A stretch of 64,000 nt of DNA from an uncultured Chloroflexia bacterium (GCA_963766735.1 CAVYBU010000030.1:246707-310706), one strand, 5' to 3'. Shown: positions 38,288 to 49,232, counted from the stretch's first letter. Notes: generated by a model from the letters alone, not told the origin. Made by a program: numbers and translations.

Positions 38288-39241
38288 ATGGCACGCTCGA
38301 TGTGGAAGGGCGCGATCCAGTTTGGCCTGGTGACGATCCCCGTCAAGCTCTACACGGCGACCGAGTCGGACTACGCGATCCGCTTCAACATGCTCCATGC
38401 TCCGGACCTGTCGCGCATCCAGATGAAGGTCTGGTGCCCCGCCGACGAGCAGGTCATCTCGCGCGGTGACACCGTGAAGGGCTACGAGTACGCGCCCGAC
38501 CAGTACGTGGTGATCACCGACGAGGACCTGGAGAAGGTTCCCCTCAAGACGGTTCGCTCGATCGAGATCGAGCAGTTCGCACCGCGTGACGAGGCGACCG
38601 CAGAGCATGCGAAGTTCACCCGGCAGGCCTACTACATCGAGCCGGACGCGATCGGGCGCAAGGCGTTCTACCTCCTTCGACAGGTCCTGGCCGAGCGTGG
38701 GCTCACTGCGATCTGCAAGGTGGTCATCCGGGACCGGGAGGCGCTGGCCGCCCTCGACCCGTTCGAGAACACGATGCTGCTCACGACCCTCCACTGGCCG
38801 GACGAGATCCGCTCCACCAGGGAGCTGAACCTCGCGGACGAGGAGTTCGAGTTCAAGCCGGCCGAGATGAGGATGGCCGAGCAGCTGATCGAGGCGATGA
38901 CCGAGCCATTCGATCCGGCGAAGTACCGGGACGAGTATCGCGAGGCGCTGCTCAAGGTCATCGAGGCCAAGGTCGCGGGCGTGGAGGTGGCCCAGCCCGC
39001 GCCCACGGCCGACAACACCAACATCGTGGACCTGATGAAGCTGCTCGAGGCCAGCGTGAAGGCCGCGACCGACCAGAAGGCCAAGGACGCTCCCGTCTCG
39101 GTCAACGAGGTGAAGCAGGCGCGCGCCTCCCGCCCGGCGAAGGCGGCCGCGGCGAAGGCGGCCGCGGCGAAGGAGTCCGGGACGAAGGTCGAGGACGCCG
39201 ACGCCGAGACACGCCCGGTGAGGCGCCGCAAGAGCGCCTGA
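38288..39241 (+). CDS. ku: NHEJ DNA end-binding protein Ku
   Basis: RSMWKGAIQFGLVTIPVKLY, VKGYEY, L.WPDEIR, DLM..L.AS, basic AKAAAAK tail. Confidence 0.96.
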   Translation: MARSMWKGAIQFGLVTIPVKLYTATESDYAIRFNMLHAPDLSRIQMKVWCPADEQVISRGDTVKGYEYAPDQYVVITDEDLEKVPLKTVRSIEIEQFAPRDEATAEHAKFTRQAYYIEPDAIGRKAFYLLRQVLAERGLTAICKVVIRDREALAALDPFENTMLLTTLHWPDEIRSTRELNLADEEFEFKPAEMRMAEQLIEAMTEPFDPAKYRDEYREALLKVIEAKVAGVEVAQPAPTADNTNIVDLMKLLEASVKAATDQKAKDAPVSVNEVKQARASRPAKAAAAKAAAAKESGTKVEDADAETRPVRRRKSA

Positions 39242-39265
39242 CATCGTCCCGCGCCGAGTCCGTGG

Positions 39266-39712
39266 TCACCAGAGGCGAAGCTGGCCCGTCCTGCGCATCC
39301 ACGCGACAGCAATTGCCGCGAGGACCAGCCCGATCACCCCGAAGATCGCCTGCAGGATCGAGGTATCCGGCAGCACGACCAGTTGGACCAGGATCCAGAT
39401 CACGAGCCCGGTCCCAAGCACGCCGGTGAGCCACGGTGCGGCCCAGTGGCGGCGCACGACGAGGCCGGCCAGGACCAGCATCCCGATCCCATTCATCAGC
39501 AGCAGGTACAGACCCGGGACCAGGTATGAGCCAAAGGGTGTTCCCTCGATCCAGCCGGCCGGCAAGCCGATCGAGCCGCCGGTGGGGTCCGTGACAAGCT
39601 GGAGCCCGACGGGGATGGCCCCGGCCGCGGTGAACAGCGCCAGGACGACGGCGAGCCAGACATAGGCGGGCCGGTCGAGTCGGGTGCTCACCGGCTGGAG
39701 CTGGGCGTGCAT
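39266..39712 (-). CDS. Four-TM hypothetical membrane protein
   Basis: DP.G..GLP..W...TPF.SY..PG motif; RBS gagga. Confidence 0.75.
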   Translation of the reverse strand: MHAQLQPVSTRLDRPAYVWLAVVLALFTAAGAIPVGLQLVTDPTGGSIGLPAGWIEGTPFGSYLVPGLYLLLMNGIGMLVLAGLVVRRHWAAPWLTGVLGTGLVIWILVQLVVLPDTSILQAIFGVIGLVLAAIAVAWMRRTGQLRLW

Positions 39713-39861
39713 GGGTTCCTCTCAGGTCGGGGCTTGGCGGCCCTACGCGGACGGGAGTGTGCGCGACCCGTCGGTCTCCGTGACCGGCCATCGGTCACCC
39801 GGAGTGGATCAGCGGCACGGTCCGAAGCGGTCGGAACCGGTCCGCGATGGGCTGGAACGGG

Positions 39862-40900
39862 TCAGGTGGGCGCCGGGGTCTGCGCCGGCTCGCCCTCGAA
39901 GGCCTCGCCCGCCGGTGCTGCATCGAGGGTGCCCGGTGCCTGGGACAGGATCTTGAGCCGCAGGTACCGGTTGCCGCGCGCCACGAGCCACGGCCGGAAC
40001 CGCTGCGGCAGCCCCTCGTGCTCGCCTGCAGTCACCGTCGTCGGCTCATCCAGCTCGTACACCGTGCCGCGAAGCTGGAGCCGGCAGTGGCCACTCGCGC
40101 GGACATTGCGAGCCCAGTTGACGCCGCCGCCATACGGGAGCGCCACGTAGACGTGGCCGCTCGCGATCCGGGGCAGGACGGGCGTCCGGTACAACGTCCC
40201 CGACACGCGCCCGACGTGCTCGAGATACGCCCACGGGGAGCGTCGTCCGCCGACCAGCCCAGCGCGCTCGACCGCCGGATTGAACCATGCGGTGACGAAC
40301 CGCCGGAGCCATGCCGGGGCGGCCGGAGGCGGTGGAGCGGCGGTCGCAGCGAAGCCGGGATCCCCTGGATCCCCTCCGGCCGCAACCCCACGCCCCCTGC
40401 CCGCGGGTGTCGCGCGGGGGCGGCGGACAACAACAACCAACAGGAGAATCGCTCCGGCGAGGACGCCCGCGGCGACCAGAACCCAGCGTGGCACGTGCCG
40501 GCGTGGCACCGGCACCGGCCCAGGGACCCGAACGGGCACCGTCACCGACCTCGGTGCGGGAATGCGGAGCGGGACGGGGATGCGACGCGGAAGGGCGATA
40601 CGCAGCGCCACGCGGCCGCGGAATTCCACCGTACCGCCTGGCAAGGGACCTGGCGCCTCGCTGCCTGGCGGAGACGCGACGGCCCCGCAGTCGCGTGGCG
40701 AGCCGGTCCGCGAAGCTCGGCGGTGCTCCCGGGGCGACCATCCGGGCCAATCGGTCGCGGAGCGCAGCTGCGGGCCCTATGCCACGTCGCCGGGCGACCG
40801 GACCCCGTCGCCGGCCAAGGCGGCCACGGTGGGACGGCGGGCCACGGCGGATGACGATCTCCGGACGCACCTCGATCTGGGGCTTGGCAATCTTGAACAT
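39862..40900 (-). CDS. Deazaflavin(F420)-dependent nitroreductase-like (DDN family) domain with TM and Arg/Pro-rich N-terminal extension; probable frameshift near 40650
   Basis: LEHVGRVSG..YRTPV, LPYG...NWARNV.A.G in ORF 39862-40644. An ATG at 40900 with GGAGG lies in another frame, so the 5' end is uncertain. Confidence 0.6.
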
Positions 40901-41006
40901 CACGAGCCTCCGCGCAGGGCTTGATGTTCGCACCGCCCGAGCGGCGGTGACCAGTGCCGGAGGGCGCCAGTCGGCGGCCACGCGTCCTCGGACGCATACT
41001 CCGGCC

Positions 41007-43754
41007 ATGCCGCTCGAGGAGTACCGCCGCAAGCGCGATTTCGCGAGGACACCGGAGCCCGCGCCGGGCGTGTCGCCCGCGGGTCTCCCGACACCGCCGT
41101 CCGGGCCACCGCCGTCCGGGCCACCGCCGCTCGGTCTTCGGCGCCGCTTCGTCGTCCAGCGCCACCGGGCGTCCCGCCTCCACTACGACGTCAGACTCGA
41201 GATCGACGGCGTCCTCGTGTCCTGGGCCGTTCCCAAGGGCCCCACGCTGGACCCCGACGCGCGCCGGATGGCCGTCCACGTGGAGGATCACCCGGTCGAG
41301 TACTTCGACTTCGAGGGCGTGATCCCGCCCCGCCAGTACGGGGCTGGCGACGTCATCGTCTGGGACTGGGGAACCTGGGAGCCGGAGGCCGAGACCCCTG
41401 ACCCGGGCGCGGCCATCGCGAAAGGCGAGCTCAAGTTCCGGGCCCGCGGCGAGAGGATCAGGGGCCGCTTCACGATCGTCCGCACCAGCCGACGTCCGGG
41501 CAGCGCGCCCCGCACGCCCTTCGAGGATGACGCCGGCGAGCAGTGGCTCCTCATCCACAAGCGTGACGAGCACGCCGAACCCGGCTGGGACGCGGAGGAC
41601 CACCCGCACAGCGTCAAGTCGGGTCGCACCAATGACGAGGTCAAGGCGAACGCACCCGCGGTGTTCCATGCCGATGGCCCTGCCGCAGCTGCGACCGCGG
41701 AGATCGACCTCTCCGCCGCCCGCCTCGCGCCGATGCCCCGCTACCTGGAGCCGATGAAGGCGACGCTGGCCACGACGCCCTTCCGGGACGAGGACTGGCT
41801 GTTCGAGGTCAAGTGGGACGGCTACCGCGTCGAGGCCGTGGTCCGCGACGGAACGGTCGAGCTGTTCACGCGCAACGGCAACCGCGCCGAGACGTACTTC
41901 CCGCGCCTGCTCGTGCCACCGACCTGGATCGATGCACGCGAGGCGATCGTGGACGGTGAGGTGGTGGCGCTCGACGAGGCCGGCCGACCCGACTTCGGCC
42001 TGCTCCAGGAGCGGCTCGGCGCGCAGGCCGGACACCTCGTCTTCCAGGCATTCGACCTGCTCCACCTCGACGGGCAGTCGCTGCTGGACGTCCCCCTGGA
42101 GGCACGCAAGCTGCTCCTCGAGCGGGTTCTCCGGCCGAACGCCCGCGTCCAGTTCGCACGCCACGTCGAGACGGAGGGCGTGGCCTTCTTCGGGGCAGCG
42201 CAGGCGCAGGGGCTCGAGGGGATCGTGGCCAAGCACCGTCGATCCCGCTATGAGCCGGGGAAGCGGTCGCCGTCCTGGCTCAAGCTCAAGGTGCGGCCGG
42301 AGCAGGAGCTGGTGGTCGGGGGCTGGACGCCGGGGAGGGGGACTGCGAGGGAGCTGGGCGCCGTCGTGGTGGGCGTGTACGAGGGCGAGCGGCTGCGGTT
42401 CGCCGGCAAGGTCGGGTCCGGGTTCGACGCCGGGGCGCGGCGCCGGCTGCTCGAGGCGCTCGAGCCGCTGGAGACCGAGGAGTCACCATTCGACCCGCCG
42501 CCGCCCGCGGATCACCGGGGCCGCTGGGGCGGAGACCTGGCCGGCGTCCGGTGGGTGCGCCCGCAGCTGGTGATCCGCGCGGCACTCGGGGGCTGGTCCC
42601 GCGACGGGAACGTGCGGCAGGCGTCGTTCAAGGGGATGGAGGCGGGGCGGGACCCGCGCCAGGTCGTGCGGGAGCTCGCGATCGATCCGTCGGCGGCGGA
42701 ACGGGCGGCGGTCTCGATCGCTGCGGCTGACGGGCCGGGGCCGGCGGCGCAGCCCACCACCGCGCCTGCGCACGCGATCGACCCGGCGTGGATCGTCACG
42801 GACGCAGAGCTCGCCCTCCTGGCCTCGATGCCGGCCGCCGGAACCTGGCGGGTTGCCGGGCAGGACCTGAGGCTCACCAACCTGGACAAGGTCCTGTTCC
42901 CGCCGCGGGATGACGTGGACGAGCCACCGGCGACCAAGCGGGACCTGATCGGCTACTTCGCGCGGGTCGCGCCCGTCATGCTCGCGCACCTGGCGGACCG
43001 GCCGCTCAACCTCCAGCGGTTCCCGAACGGCATCGACGCGCCCGGGTTCTGGCAGAAGGACATCCCGGCGTCCGCGCCCACGTGGCTCACGACCTGGCAC
43101 GAGACCGGCTTCCGCGAGCGCGAGGACCGCGCCCCCAACGACCACCTTGTCGCGGACCGCGCGGCGACGCTCTGCTGGCTCGGCAACCAGGCCGCCTTCG
43201 AGATCCACGCGTGGACGTCCCTGCTCAGTGACCCGTGGACGCCGACCTTCGCGCTGATCGACATCGACCCGGGCCCGAGCACCACGTGGGACGAGACGCT
43301 GCTGATCGCCCGCCTCTTCCGCACCGCGCTGGACCACCTCGGTGTCCGCGCCTGGCCCAAGCTCACCGGCAGCCGCGGCGTCCAGGCCTGGATCCCGGTC
43401 GAGCGCGGTCGCTACACCTACGCCGACACCAGCGAGTGGGTCGAGAGGCTGTCGCGGGCGATCGGCGCCTCGGTCCCGGACCTCGTCTCCTGGGAGTGGT
43501 CGAAGGCGGAGCGAGGTGGCAGGGCACGGCTGGACTACACCCAGAACGCGCCGATCAAGACGCTCGTCGCGCCGTATGCCGTCCGCCCCCGATCCGGCGC
43601 CCCGGTCTCCGCGCCGATCAGCTGGGAGGAGCTTGACGACCCGGAGCTCCGGCCGGACCGCTGGACGATCCGGACGCTGCCGGGGCGCGTCGCCGCGGTC
43701 GGGGATCTCTGGGCAGGGCTCCAGGCGGACCGCCAGGTGCTGCCGCCGTTCTGA
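41007..43754 (+). CDS. ligD: NHEJ DNA ligase D (phosphoesterase-ligase-polymerase)
   Basis: LEEYRRKRDF, H.A.RLHYD.RLE, EVKWDGYR, EGIVAK, WLKLK, LTNLDKVLFP, DIDP, LDYTQNA. Confidence 0.95.
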   Translation: MPLEEYRRKRDFARTPEPAPGVSPAGLPTPPSGPPPSGPPPLGLRRRFVVQRHRASRLHYDVRLEIDGVLVSWAVPKGPTLDPDARRMAVHVEDHPVEYFDFEGVIPPRQYGAGDVIVWDWGTWEPEAETPDPGAAIAKGELKFRARGERIRGRFTIVRTSRRPGSAPRTPFEDDAGEQWLLIHKRDEHAEPGWDAEDHPHSVKSGRTNDEVKANAPAVFHADGPAAAATAEIDLSAARLAPMPRYLEPMKATLATTPFRDEDWLFEVKWDGYRVEAVVRDGTVELFTRNGNRAETYFPRLLVPPTWIDAREAIVDGEVVALDEAGRPDFGLLQERLGAQAGHLVFQAFDLLHLDGQSLLDVPLEARKLLLERVLRPNARVQFARHVETEGVAFFGAAQAQGLEGIVAKHRRSRYEPGKRSPSWLKLKVRPEQELVVGGWTPGRGTARELGAVVVGVYEGERLRFAGKVGSGFDAGARRRLLEALEPLETEESPFDPPPPADHRGRWGGDLAGVRWVRPQLVIRAALGGWSRDGNVRQASFKGMEAGRDPRQVVRELAIDPSAAERAAVSIAAADGPGPAAQPTTAPAHAIDPAWIVTDAELALLASMPAAGTWRVAGQDLRLTNLDKVLFPPRDDVDEPPATKRDLIGYFARVAPVMLAHLADRPLNLQRFPNGIDAPGFWQKDIPASAPTWLTTWHETGFREREDRAPNDHLVADRAATLCWLGNQAAFEIHAWTSLLSDPWTPTFALIDIDPGPSTTWDETLLIARLFRTALDHLGVRAWPKLTGSRGVQAWIPVERGRYTYADTSEWVERLSRAIGASVPDLVSWEWSKAERGGRARLDYTQNAPIKTLVAPYAVRPRSGAPVSAPISWEELDDPELRPDRWTIRTLPGRVAAVGDLWAGLQADRQVLPPF

Positions 43755-43851
43755 GGCCCAAGCCCGCCGACCCCCGGGGTCATCGATTGCCGGACGCGAA
43801 CACCCCGTTCGGCCCATGGCGCCGGTCCGCCGCCTGCGGGACTATCTGCGC

Positions 43852-44223
43852 GTGGATCCCATGGTCACCGTCGAGCGGATCGACGCCTCGCCGGAGGTGG
43901 TGATCCCGCTCGTCATCTTCGCGATGGTCGTCGGCGTGCTCGGCGTGGCCTTTCGCAGGACGCTGATGAGGACCGTGGATGAGCTGGCGGACCTGTGGCG
44001 CACGTATGCGCCCATCGCCGCCCGCAAGGCTCTGGAACGCCGGCCCGGCATGCCCGAGACGCCATGGTTCTGCGATCGTTGCCGTTCCCGCAACAGCGCC
44101 TCGGCGACGCGGTGCTACTCCTGCGACGCCCGCCGCGAGGAGGCAGAGGCCCCGGTCCCGGACGCGGAGGCGCCGGCGGGGGCGAGCGCCGGACTGAGCT
44201 CGAGGACCCGCCGGCACGGGTAG
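43852..44223 (+). CDS. Small membrane protein with RanBP2-type zinc finger
   Basis: One TM followed by WFCDRCRSRNSASATRCYSC. Confidence 0.65.
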   Translation: MDPMVTVERIDASPEVVIPLVIFAMVVGVLGVAFRRTLMRTVDELADLWRTYAPIAARKALERRPGMPETPWFCDRCRSRNSASATRCYSCDARREEAEAPVPDAEAPAGASAGLSSRTRRHG

Positions 44224-44260
44224 CCGTGCGGCATGCCCCGCGACGGCCGCTCGAACGCGG

Positions 44261-45031
44261 TCACGGCCGGCGCCATGCGCGCAGGCCCCCGGGCTTGGGG
44301 TACGGCTGGCGGAAGAAGCCGAGCAGCGGCTCGCCGGTGGACTGGGTCAGCCGGATCCGGTCCCTCCACGGTGCATCGTGGTCCTCGGAGATCGAAGCCC
44401 GAAGCTCCACGTCGTCGCGTCGCGGGTGGTTGGGGTCGTAGACCCGAAGGACGACCGAGCGATCGTCCTCCGCATACGCGAACGCCAGGACCTGGTGGTT
44501 CCGGGCCAGGAGCCAGGGCGAGCCGCCGGCCGCTCGGATCAGGCCGACGACGCTGGGGTGGCCGTCGTTGATGTCCGCCCGAACGCGTGGCAACTCGTCG
44601 AGGATCGCCGGAACCCGCGGCGGCTCGCGGTTGAGCGCTGCCGCGAGGCCGGACGGTGGATCCGGCCGCATCGCCTGCAGGTCGAAGTACCGGAGCGGGA
44701 CGCGCAGCCAGTCCAGCGACTGGACCTGGCGCCGCACGAGGGCCCGAAACCGGGGGCTGCCGTTGGCGGGCGGGCCGGCGCCCTCGGGTGCTGCCAGCCC
44801 CGCCTCGTACAGGTCGCGCGCCGTGAGCGCCATCCCGCCGCACAGGCCTGCGGACGCGTCTCCCAATCCGACGAGGCGCGGATCGAGGGGTCCCAGCCGC
44901 AACGTGGGGCCCGGTGGGAAGGCGTTGGCAAAGGGGAGCCCGTGGACACTCGGCAGGAAGCCCGGGACCGCGCCGATGATCTCGCCCCCGACCGCGCCGG
45001 ACGGTGCGGCAAGGTCCGGCGGGCGAGTCAC
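44261..45031 (-). CDS. Hypothetical protein with papain-like Cys-His-Asp triad
   Basis: F.N, GLCGGM, NHQVLA, VYDPN. Confidence 0.65.
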   Translation of the reverse strand: MTRPPDLAAPSGAVGGEIIGAVPGFLPSVHGLPFANAFPPGPTLRLGPLDPRLVGLGDASAGLCGGMALTARDLYEAGLAAPEGAGPPANGSPRFRALVRRQVQSLDWLRVPLRYFDLQAMRPDPPSGLAAALNREPPRVPAILDELPRVRADINDGHPSVVGLIRAAGGSPWLLARNHQVLAFAYAEDDRSVVLRVYDPNHPRRDDVELRASISEDHDAPWRDRIRLTQSTGEPLLGFFRQPYPKPGGLRAWRRP

Positions 45032-45063
45032 GCGCGAACGGCGGTTGGCATCGGGACGGCAGC

Positions 45064-46941
45064 CTACTTCACGAGGTTGGGCGGGACCGGTATCAGAGTC
45101 GGATCCGGGACCTCGCCCACCGCAACCCGGATGATCGCGGGTGCGTTGCCCAGGGCCGACAGCGGCCCGCGCGACGGCGAGAGCACGTCCAGAAGCAGGA
45201 GGTAGGAACCCGGGATCGCCGGCGCCGCCAGTTCGACCACGACGCTGGACTCTCCGCCGGGCTCGGCAAGGGTCCCGCCGAGGAGCACCGCGACCGGGTC
45301 GGGGACGGCGAGCCCGTCGGCGGAGATCCAGGTCGCCACCAGACGGGCCGGGAGCGCGATGAACGGGTCGGCCCCCGGGACCTCGATCTGCGTGATGGGC
45401 GCCGCGGGCATCAGCCTGTCCCAGCGCTCGGATCCGGCGTTCACGAGGCGGATGGCCACGCTCGTGACGTTCCCGGCCGTGACCGCAATGGACGCGGGTG
45501 CCCCATAGGCGACGGCGACCGGCCCGCCCACGCGGACGATGACCGGGACCAGGAGCGCCTGGGTGGCCGCGTCGTAGGCCATGCCCGATGGGGTGTGGAG
45601 GCTCACGACCAGCCGGTACAGCCCTGGGGCGGCGGGATAGGTCACCTGGATCTTCAGCCCGGCGGACGTGCGGGCCACCGGCACGACGTCCACGACGGCG
45701 CCGATCTGCTCGGGCTCCACGAGGTCCACGGGTGGCCCGACTGGCGCTGGGGTGGGTGACGGGCCGGGATCGGCCGTTGGCGCTTGGGACGGCGTCCCGG
45801 CGCCGAGCGTGGCCGCCATCGGTATGGGCAGGGGAGTTGGTGCCGGGGTGGGCGTCGGGCTGGGCGACGGGGAGGCACTGGCGTCGGGCCCTGCAACGGG
45901 CGCGGAGGGCTGCTCCAGCAGGATCGGATCCCAGCGCACTCCGGCCTTGGTCTTCGCGGGCACCTGCTTGGCCGCACCGGACTTCAGCGGCAGCGTCAGG
46001 CGCGTCTTGGTCGCGGCGATCGGCAGCGATGCGAACGAGGGCTCACCGAACGCGAGCCCACGCCCGACGAGTGACGGCGCGACCGCAGACCCGATGGTGG
46101 TCCCGCCGCCGCTCCCCGTGGACCCGGCTCGGAGCTCCTCGGCGGTCACCCCGCGCGAGACCAGCGATCGGTAGTAGCCGCCGTCCGCGCGGTCGGGATC
46201 CAGGCGTGCGACGAAACCCGGAGTCCGGGTGCTGGCCAACGTGAAGGTGTGACCGTTGGCCGACGGCGAGGCCTTCCACGTCGCCTCGATGCTCGCGCGG
46301 CCACGAAGCAGCGCCTTCACGTAGTAGGCGGGTCCCATGTGCGCCTCCGCCACGACGGCAGCCGCGCCCGCCTGCAGGAACCCCGCCGCGTAGTTGTCCA
46401 CGCGCGCAATGGACTGCTCACGCGTCCCCTCGGCCTTGCCCGGCTCGGTGTTGCCGCTGGCGTAGCAGAGGTGGTGGAGCAGCACCACCGCGTTGGGGGC
46501 CAGGTGCAGCTTTCCCACCGCCGCCTCGCCGAAGTACTGGTGGGCGCTGTCGTCCACACCCGCAACCGGGTTCAGGCCGAACCCGTTCTGCGTGGGCGGA
46601 TACAGCTCGTTCCGGTACGGACTCGGCCAGCCGTTCCCGTGCCCGAGGTAGACCACGATCGACGCACCGTCGAGGGCTCCTCGGACCACGTCCCAGGTGG
46701 CGTTCGGGGAATAGACCTTGACGACCTGGGCACCGGCATCGGCTGCCACGACGGCGGCCTTGTCGGCCTGCGCGCGGTAGGACGCGGTCACCTTCCCGGC
46801 GGGCCCCACGATGAGGACGACCTTTGGGACGCGCGCCGCAGCGACCACGGGCGCGATGGCTCCCGTGGCTCCGAGGATCGAGATGAGCAGCGCGACGGCC
46901 GTCGCGCGAACGATCCGGTTCAGCGTTTCGGCTCCTGGCAA
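45064..46941 (-). CDS. Secreted protein with clan-CD (gingipain/caspase-like) N-terminal domain and C-terminal Ig-like domain
   Basis: Signal peptide, KVVLIVG, VYLGHGNG, VLLHHLCYASG, FLQAGA, Pro/Thr linker, PG.Y.L.LD Ig strand. Confidence 0.65.
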   Translation of the reverse strand: MPGAETLNRIVRATAVALLISILGATGAIAPVVAAARVPKVVLIVGPAGKVTASYRAQADKAAVVAADAGAQVVKVYSPNATWDVVRGALDGASIVVYLGHGNGWPSPYRNELYPPTQNGFGLNPVAGVDDSAHQYFGEAAVGKLHLAPNAVVLLHHLCYASGNTEPGKAEGTREQSIARVDNYAAGFLQAGAAAVVAEAHMGPAYYVKALLRGRASIEATWKASPSANGHTFTLASTRTPGFVARLDPDRADGGYYRSLVSRGVTAEELRAGSTGSGGGTTIGSAVAPSLVGRGLAFGEPSFASLPIAATKTRLTLPLKSGAAKQVPAKTKAGVRWDPILLEQPSAPVAGPDASASPSPSPTPTPAPTPLPIPMAATLGAGTPSQAPTADPGPSPTPAPVGPPVDLVEPEQIGAVVDVVPVARTSAGLKIQVTYPAAPGLYRLVVSLHTPSGMAYDAATQALLVPVIVRVGGPVAVAYGAPASIAVTAGNVTSVAIRLVNAGSERWDRLMPAAPITQIEVPGADPFIALPARLVATWISADGLAVPDPVAVLLGGTLAEPGGESSVVVELAAPAIPGSYLLLLDVLSPSRGPLSALGNAPAIIRVAVGEVPDPTLIPVPPNLVK

Positions 46942-47123
46942 CGGGGTTGGCAGGCGATCCAGGGACGGTAGGCTACGCGCCTTGACGGAGGCTTACTAGG
47001 GCGACTCAGCCCCCCCGAGACCGTCCCCATGGGCCGATTGCCGCGGCCGCCGACACAACTGGTGCGTCCTGACACCGGAATATGACGTCGCCAACGACGG
47101 CGCCCCGCGCGTACCATCGCGCT

Positions 47124-49232
47124 ATGGCCGACGCTGACGCGCGCACCGGGCACCGCAACCACCTGGCGGGTGAGACCAGCCCATACCTGCTCCAGCACGC
47201 CGGCAACCCCGTGGACTGGTACCCGTGGGGCGAAGAGGCGCTTGCCCGGGCCCGACTCCTGGACCGCCCCATCTTCCTCTCGATCGGCTACGCGGCCTGC
47301 CACTGGTGCCACGTCATGGAACGGGAATCGTTCGAGGACGAGACGACGGCCGCGCTGCTCAACACCTACTTCGTGCCGATCAAGGTGGATCGCGAGGAGC
47401 GGCCCGATCTCGATCAGCTCTACATGGGCGCGGTCCAGGCGTTGACCGGGCAGGGCGGCTGGCCGATGAGCGTGTTCCTTGCCCCGGACGGGCGCCCGTT
47501 CTATGGCGGCACGTACTACCCGGACACGCCGCGGCACGGCATGCCGTCCTTCCGGCAGGTCCTCGACGCGATGCGGGCCGCCTGGGCGGAGCAGCGGGAC
47601 GAGATCGAGCGGGCCGGCGAGAGGCTCGTGGAGGCCCTGGCGGCGGAGCAGGCCATCGCGTCGCCGGCCGACGAGCCCGATGGGCCGCCGGCCGCGGAGG
47701 TTCTGGGTCGGGCCGCGGCCGCCATCGCCGCCAGCTCCGATCCGGTCAACGGCGGATGGGGCAGGGCGCCCAAGTTCCCCCAGCCGATGACGATCGAGGC
47801 GCTGCTGCTCCGGCACGCGGCCACGGGCGACCCGCGCCCGCTCGAGATCGCGCGGCACAGCCTGGATGCGATGGCCGCGGGCGGTGTCCGTGATCAGCTC
47901 GGCGGCGGGTTCCACCGCTACTCCACGGACGACGCCTGGCTCGTTCCGCACTTCGAGCAGATGCTCTACGACAACGCCCAGCTGGCGAGGGTCTACGTGC
48001 ACGCGTGGGCGCTCACGGGCGACGCCTCGTATCTCGACACCGCAACCTGCACGCTGGACTACATGCTGCGCGAGCTGCGGACGGCCGAGGGAGGCTTCGC
48101 GGCGAGCCAGGACGCGGATACGGACGGCCACGAGGGCGCGACGTTCACCTGGACCGCGGCCGAGGTGCGCGATGTGCTGGGCCCGGACGGCGCTCTCTTC
48201 TCAGCCGCGTACGGCGTGACGGACGGCGGCAACTGGGAGGGCCGGACGATCCTGTCGCGCGTCCGAGGCGACCGGGAGCTTGGGGAGCGGTTCGGGCTGC
48301 CCGTCGAGGATGTGGCGGCGCGTCTCGTGGCTTCGCGGGCGGCACTCCTGGTCAGGCGGGACGGGCGAGCCCAGCCGGCGCGTGATGACAAGGTGCTGGC
48401 GTCGTGGAACGGCCTTGCGATCGCAGCCCTGTCCGATGCGGCCCGGGCACTGGACGCCTCCGGCGATGCGTCCCTGCTCGAACTCGCCGCCCGCTACCGC
48501 GACGCGGCCTCGGCTGCGGCGACGGCCGTGCTGGGAGGACTGCTCGGCCCGGACGGTCGACTCCGCCGTTCCTGGAAGGACGGGCGGCCGACGGCCGACG
48601 GCGTCCTCGAGGACCACGCGAACCTTGCCGAGGGACTGCTGGCGCTGCACGGGGCGACCCTGGACGAGCGCTGGTTCACGGCCTCCGTCTCACTCGCCGA
48701 GATGATGCTCGCACGGTTCACCGACCCGTCGGGTGGCTTCTTCGACACGGCCGAGGACGGGGAGCGGCTCGTGGTCCGGCCGAAGGGACTGCAGGACAAT
48801 GCCGTCCCGTCCGGGAGCTCGATGGCCGCCACCGTCCTGCTTCGCCTGACGGCGCTGACCGGTGAGCCCCGGTACCGCGCCGCGGCGGATCGGGCCATTG
48901 TCGTGATGACCCAGCTGCTGGGTACCCACCCGACGGCGTTCGCCCAGTGGCTGATTGCCCTCGAGCTGGCCCACGCCGGCCTGACCGAGATCGCCATCGT
49001 TGGGGACCCGGACGCGGAAGCCACCCGGCTCCTGGTGCAGACCGCCAACCGGGGCTACACCCCGTTCCGCGTCGTGGCCGCATCGGCCACTCCGCGGAGC
49101 TCCGTGGTGCCGCTGATGCGGGATCGGTTCGTGCTCAACGGCCGCCCTACCGCCTTCGTCTGTCGCGATTTCGCCTGCCGGATGCCGGTCCACGAGCCGG
49201 AGGCGCTGGACGCGCTGCTGGCCGGCACGTGA
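47124..49232 (+). CDS. Thioredoxin-domain / six-hairpin protein (YyaL/SSP411 family)
   Basis: [43 protein letters not shown]. Confidence 0.93.
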   Translation: MADADARTGHRNHLAGETSPYLLQHAGNPVDWYPWGEEALARARLLDRPIFLSIGYAACHWCHVMERESFEDETTAALLNTYFVPIKVDREERPDLDQLYMGAVQALTGQGGWPMSVFLAPDGRPFYGGTYYPDTPRHGMPSFRQVLDAMRAAWAEQRDEIERAGERLVEALAAEQAIASPADEPDGPPAAEVLGRAAAAIAASSDPVNGGWGRAPKFPQPMTIEALLLRHAATGDPRPLEIARHSLDAMAAGGVRDQLGGGFHRYSTDDAWLVPHFEQMLYDNAQLARVYVHAWALTGDASYLDTATCTLDYMLRELRTAEGGFAASQDADTDGHEGATFTWTAAEVRDVLGPDGALFSAAYGVTDGGNWEGRTILSRVRGDRELGERFGLPVEDVAARLVASRAALLVRRDGRAQPARDDKVLASWNGLAIAALSDAARALDASGDASLLELAARYRDAASAAATAVLGGLLGPDGRLRRSWKDGRPTADGVLEDHANLAEGLLALHGATLDERWFTASVSLAEMMLARFTDPSGGFFDTAEDGERLVVRPKGLQDNAVPSGSSMAATVLLRLTALTGEPRYRAAADRAIVVMTQLLGTHPTAFAQWLIALELAHAGLTEIAIVGDPDAEATRLLVQTANRGYTPFRVVAASATPRSSVVPLMRDRFVLNGRPTAFVCRDFACRMPVHEPEALDALLAGT

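Noticed and set aside
40311-41006. N-terminal extension of LigD in the ORF track
   Set aside because: Low-complexity and overlapping the opposite-strand gene; the conserved LigD start (LEEYRRKRDF) follows ATG 41007.
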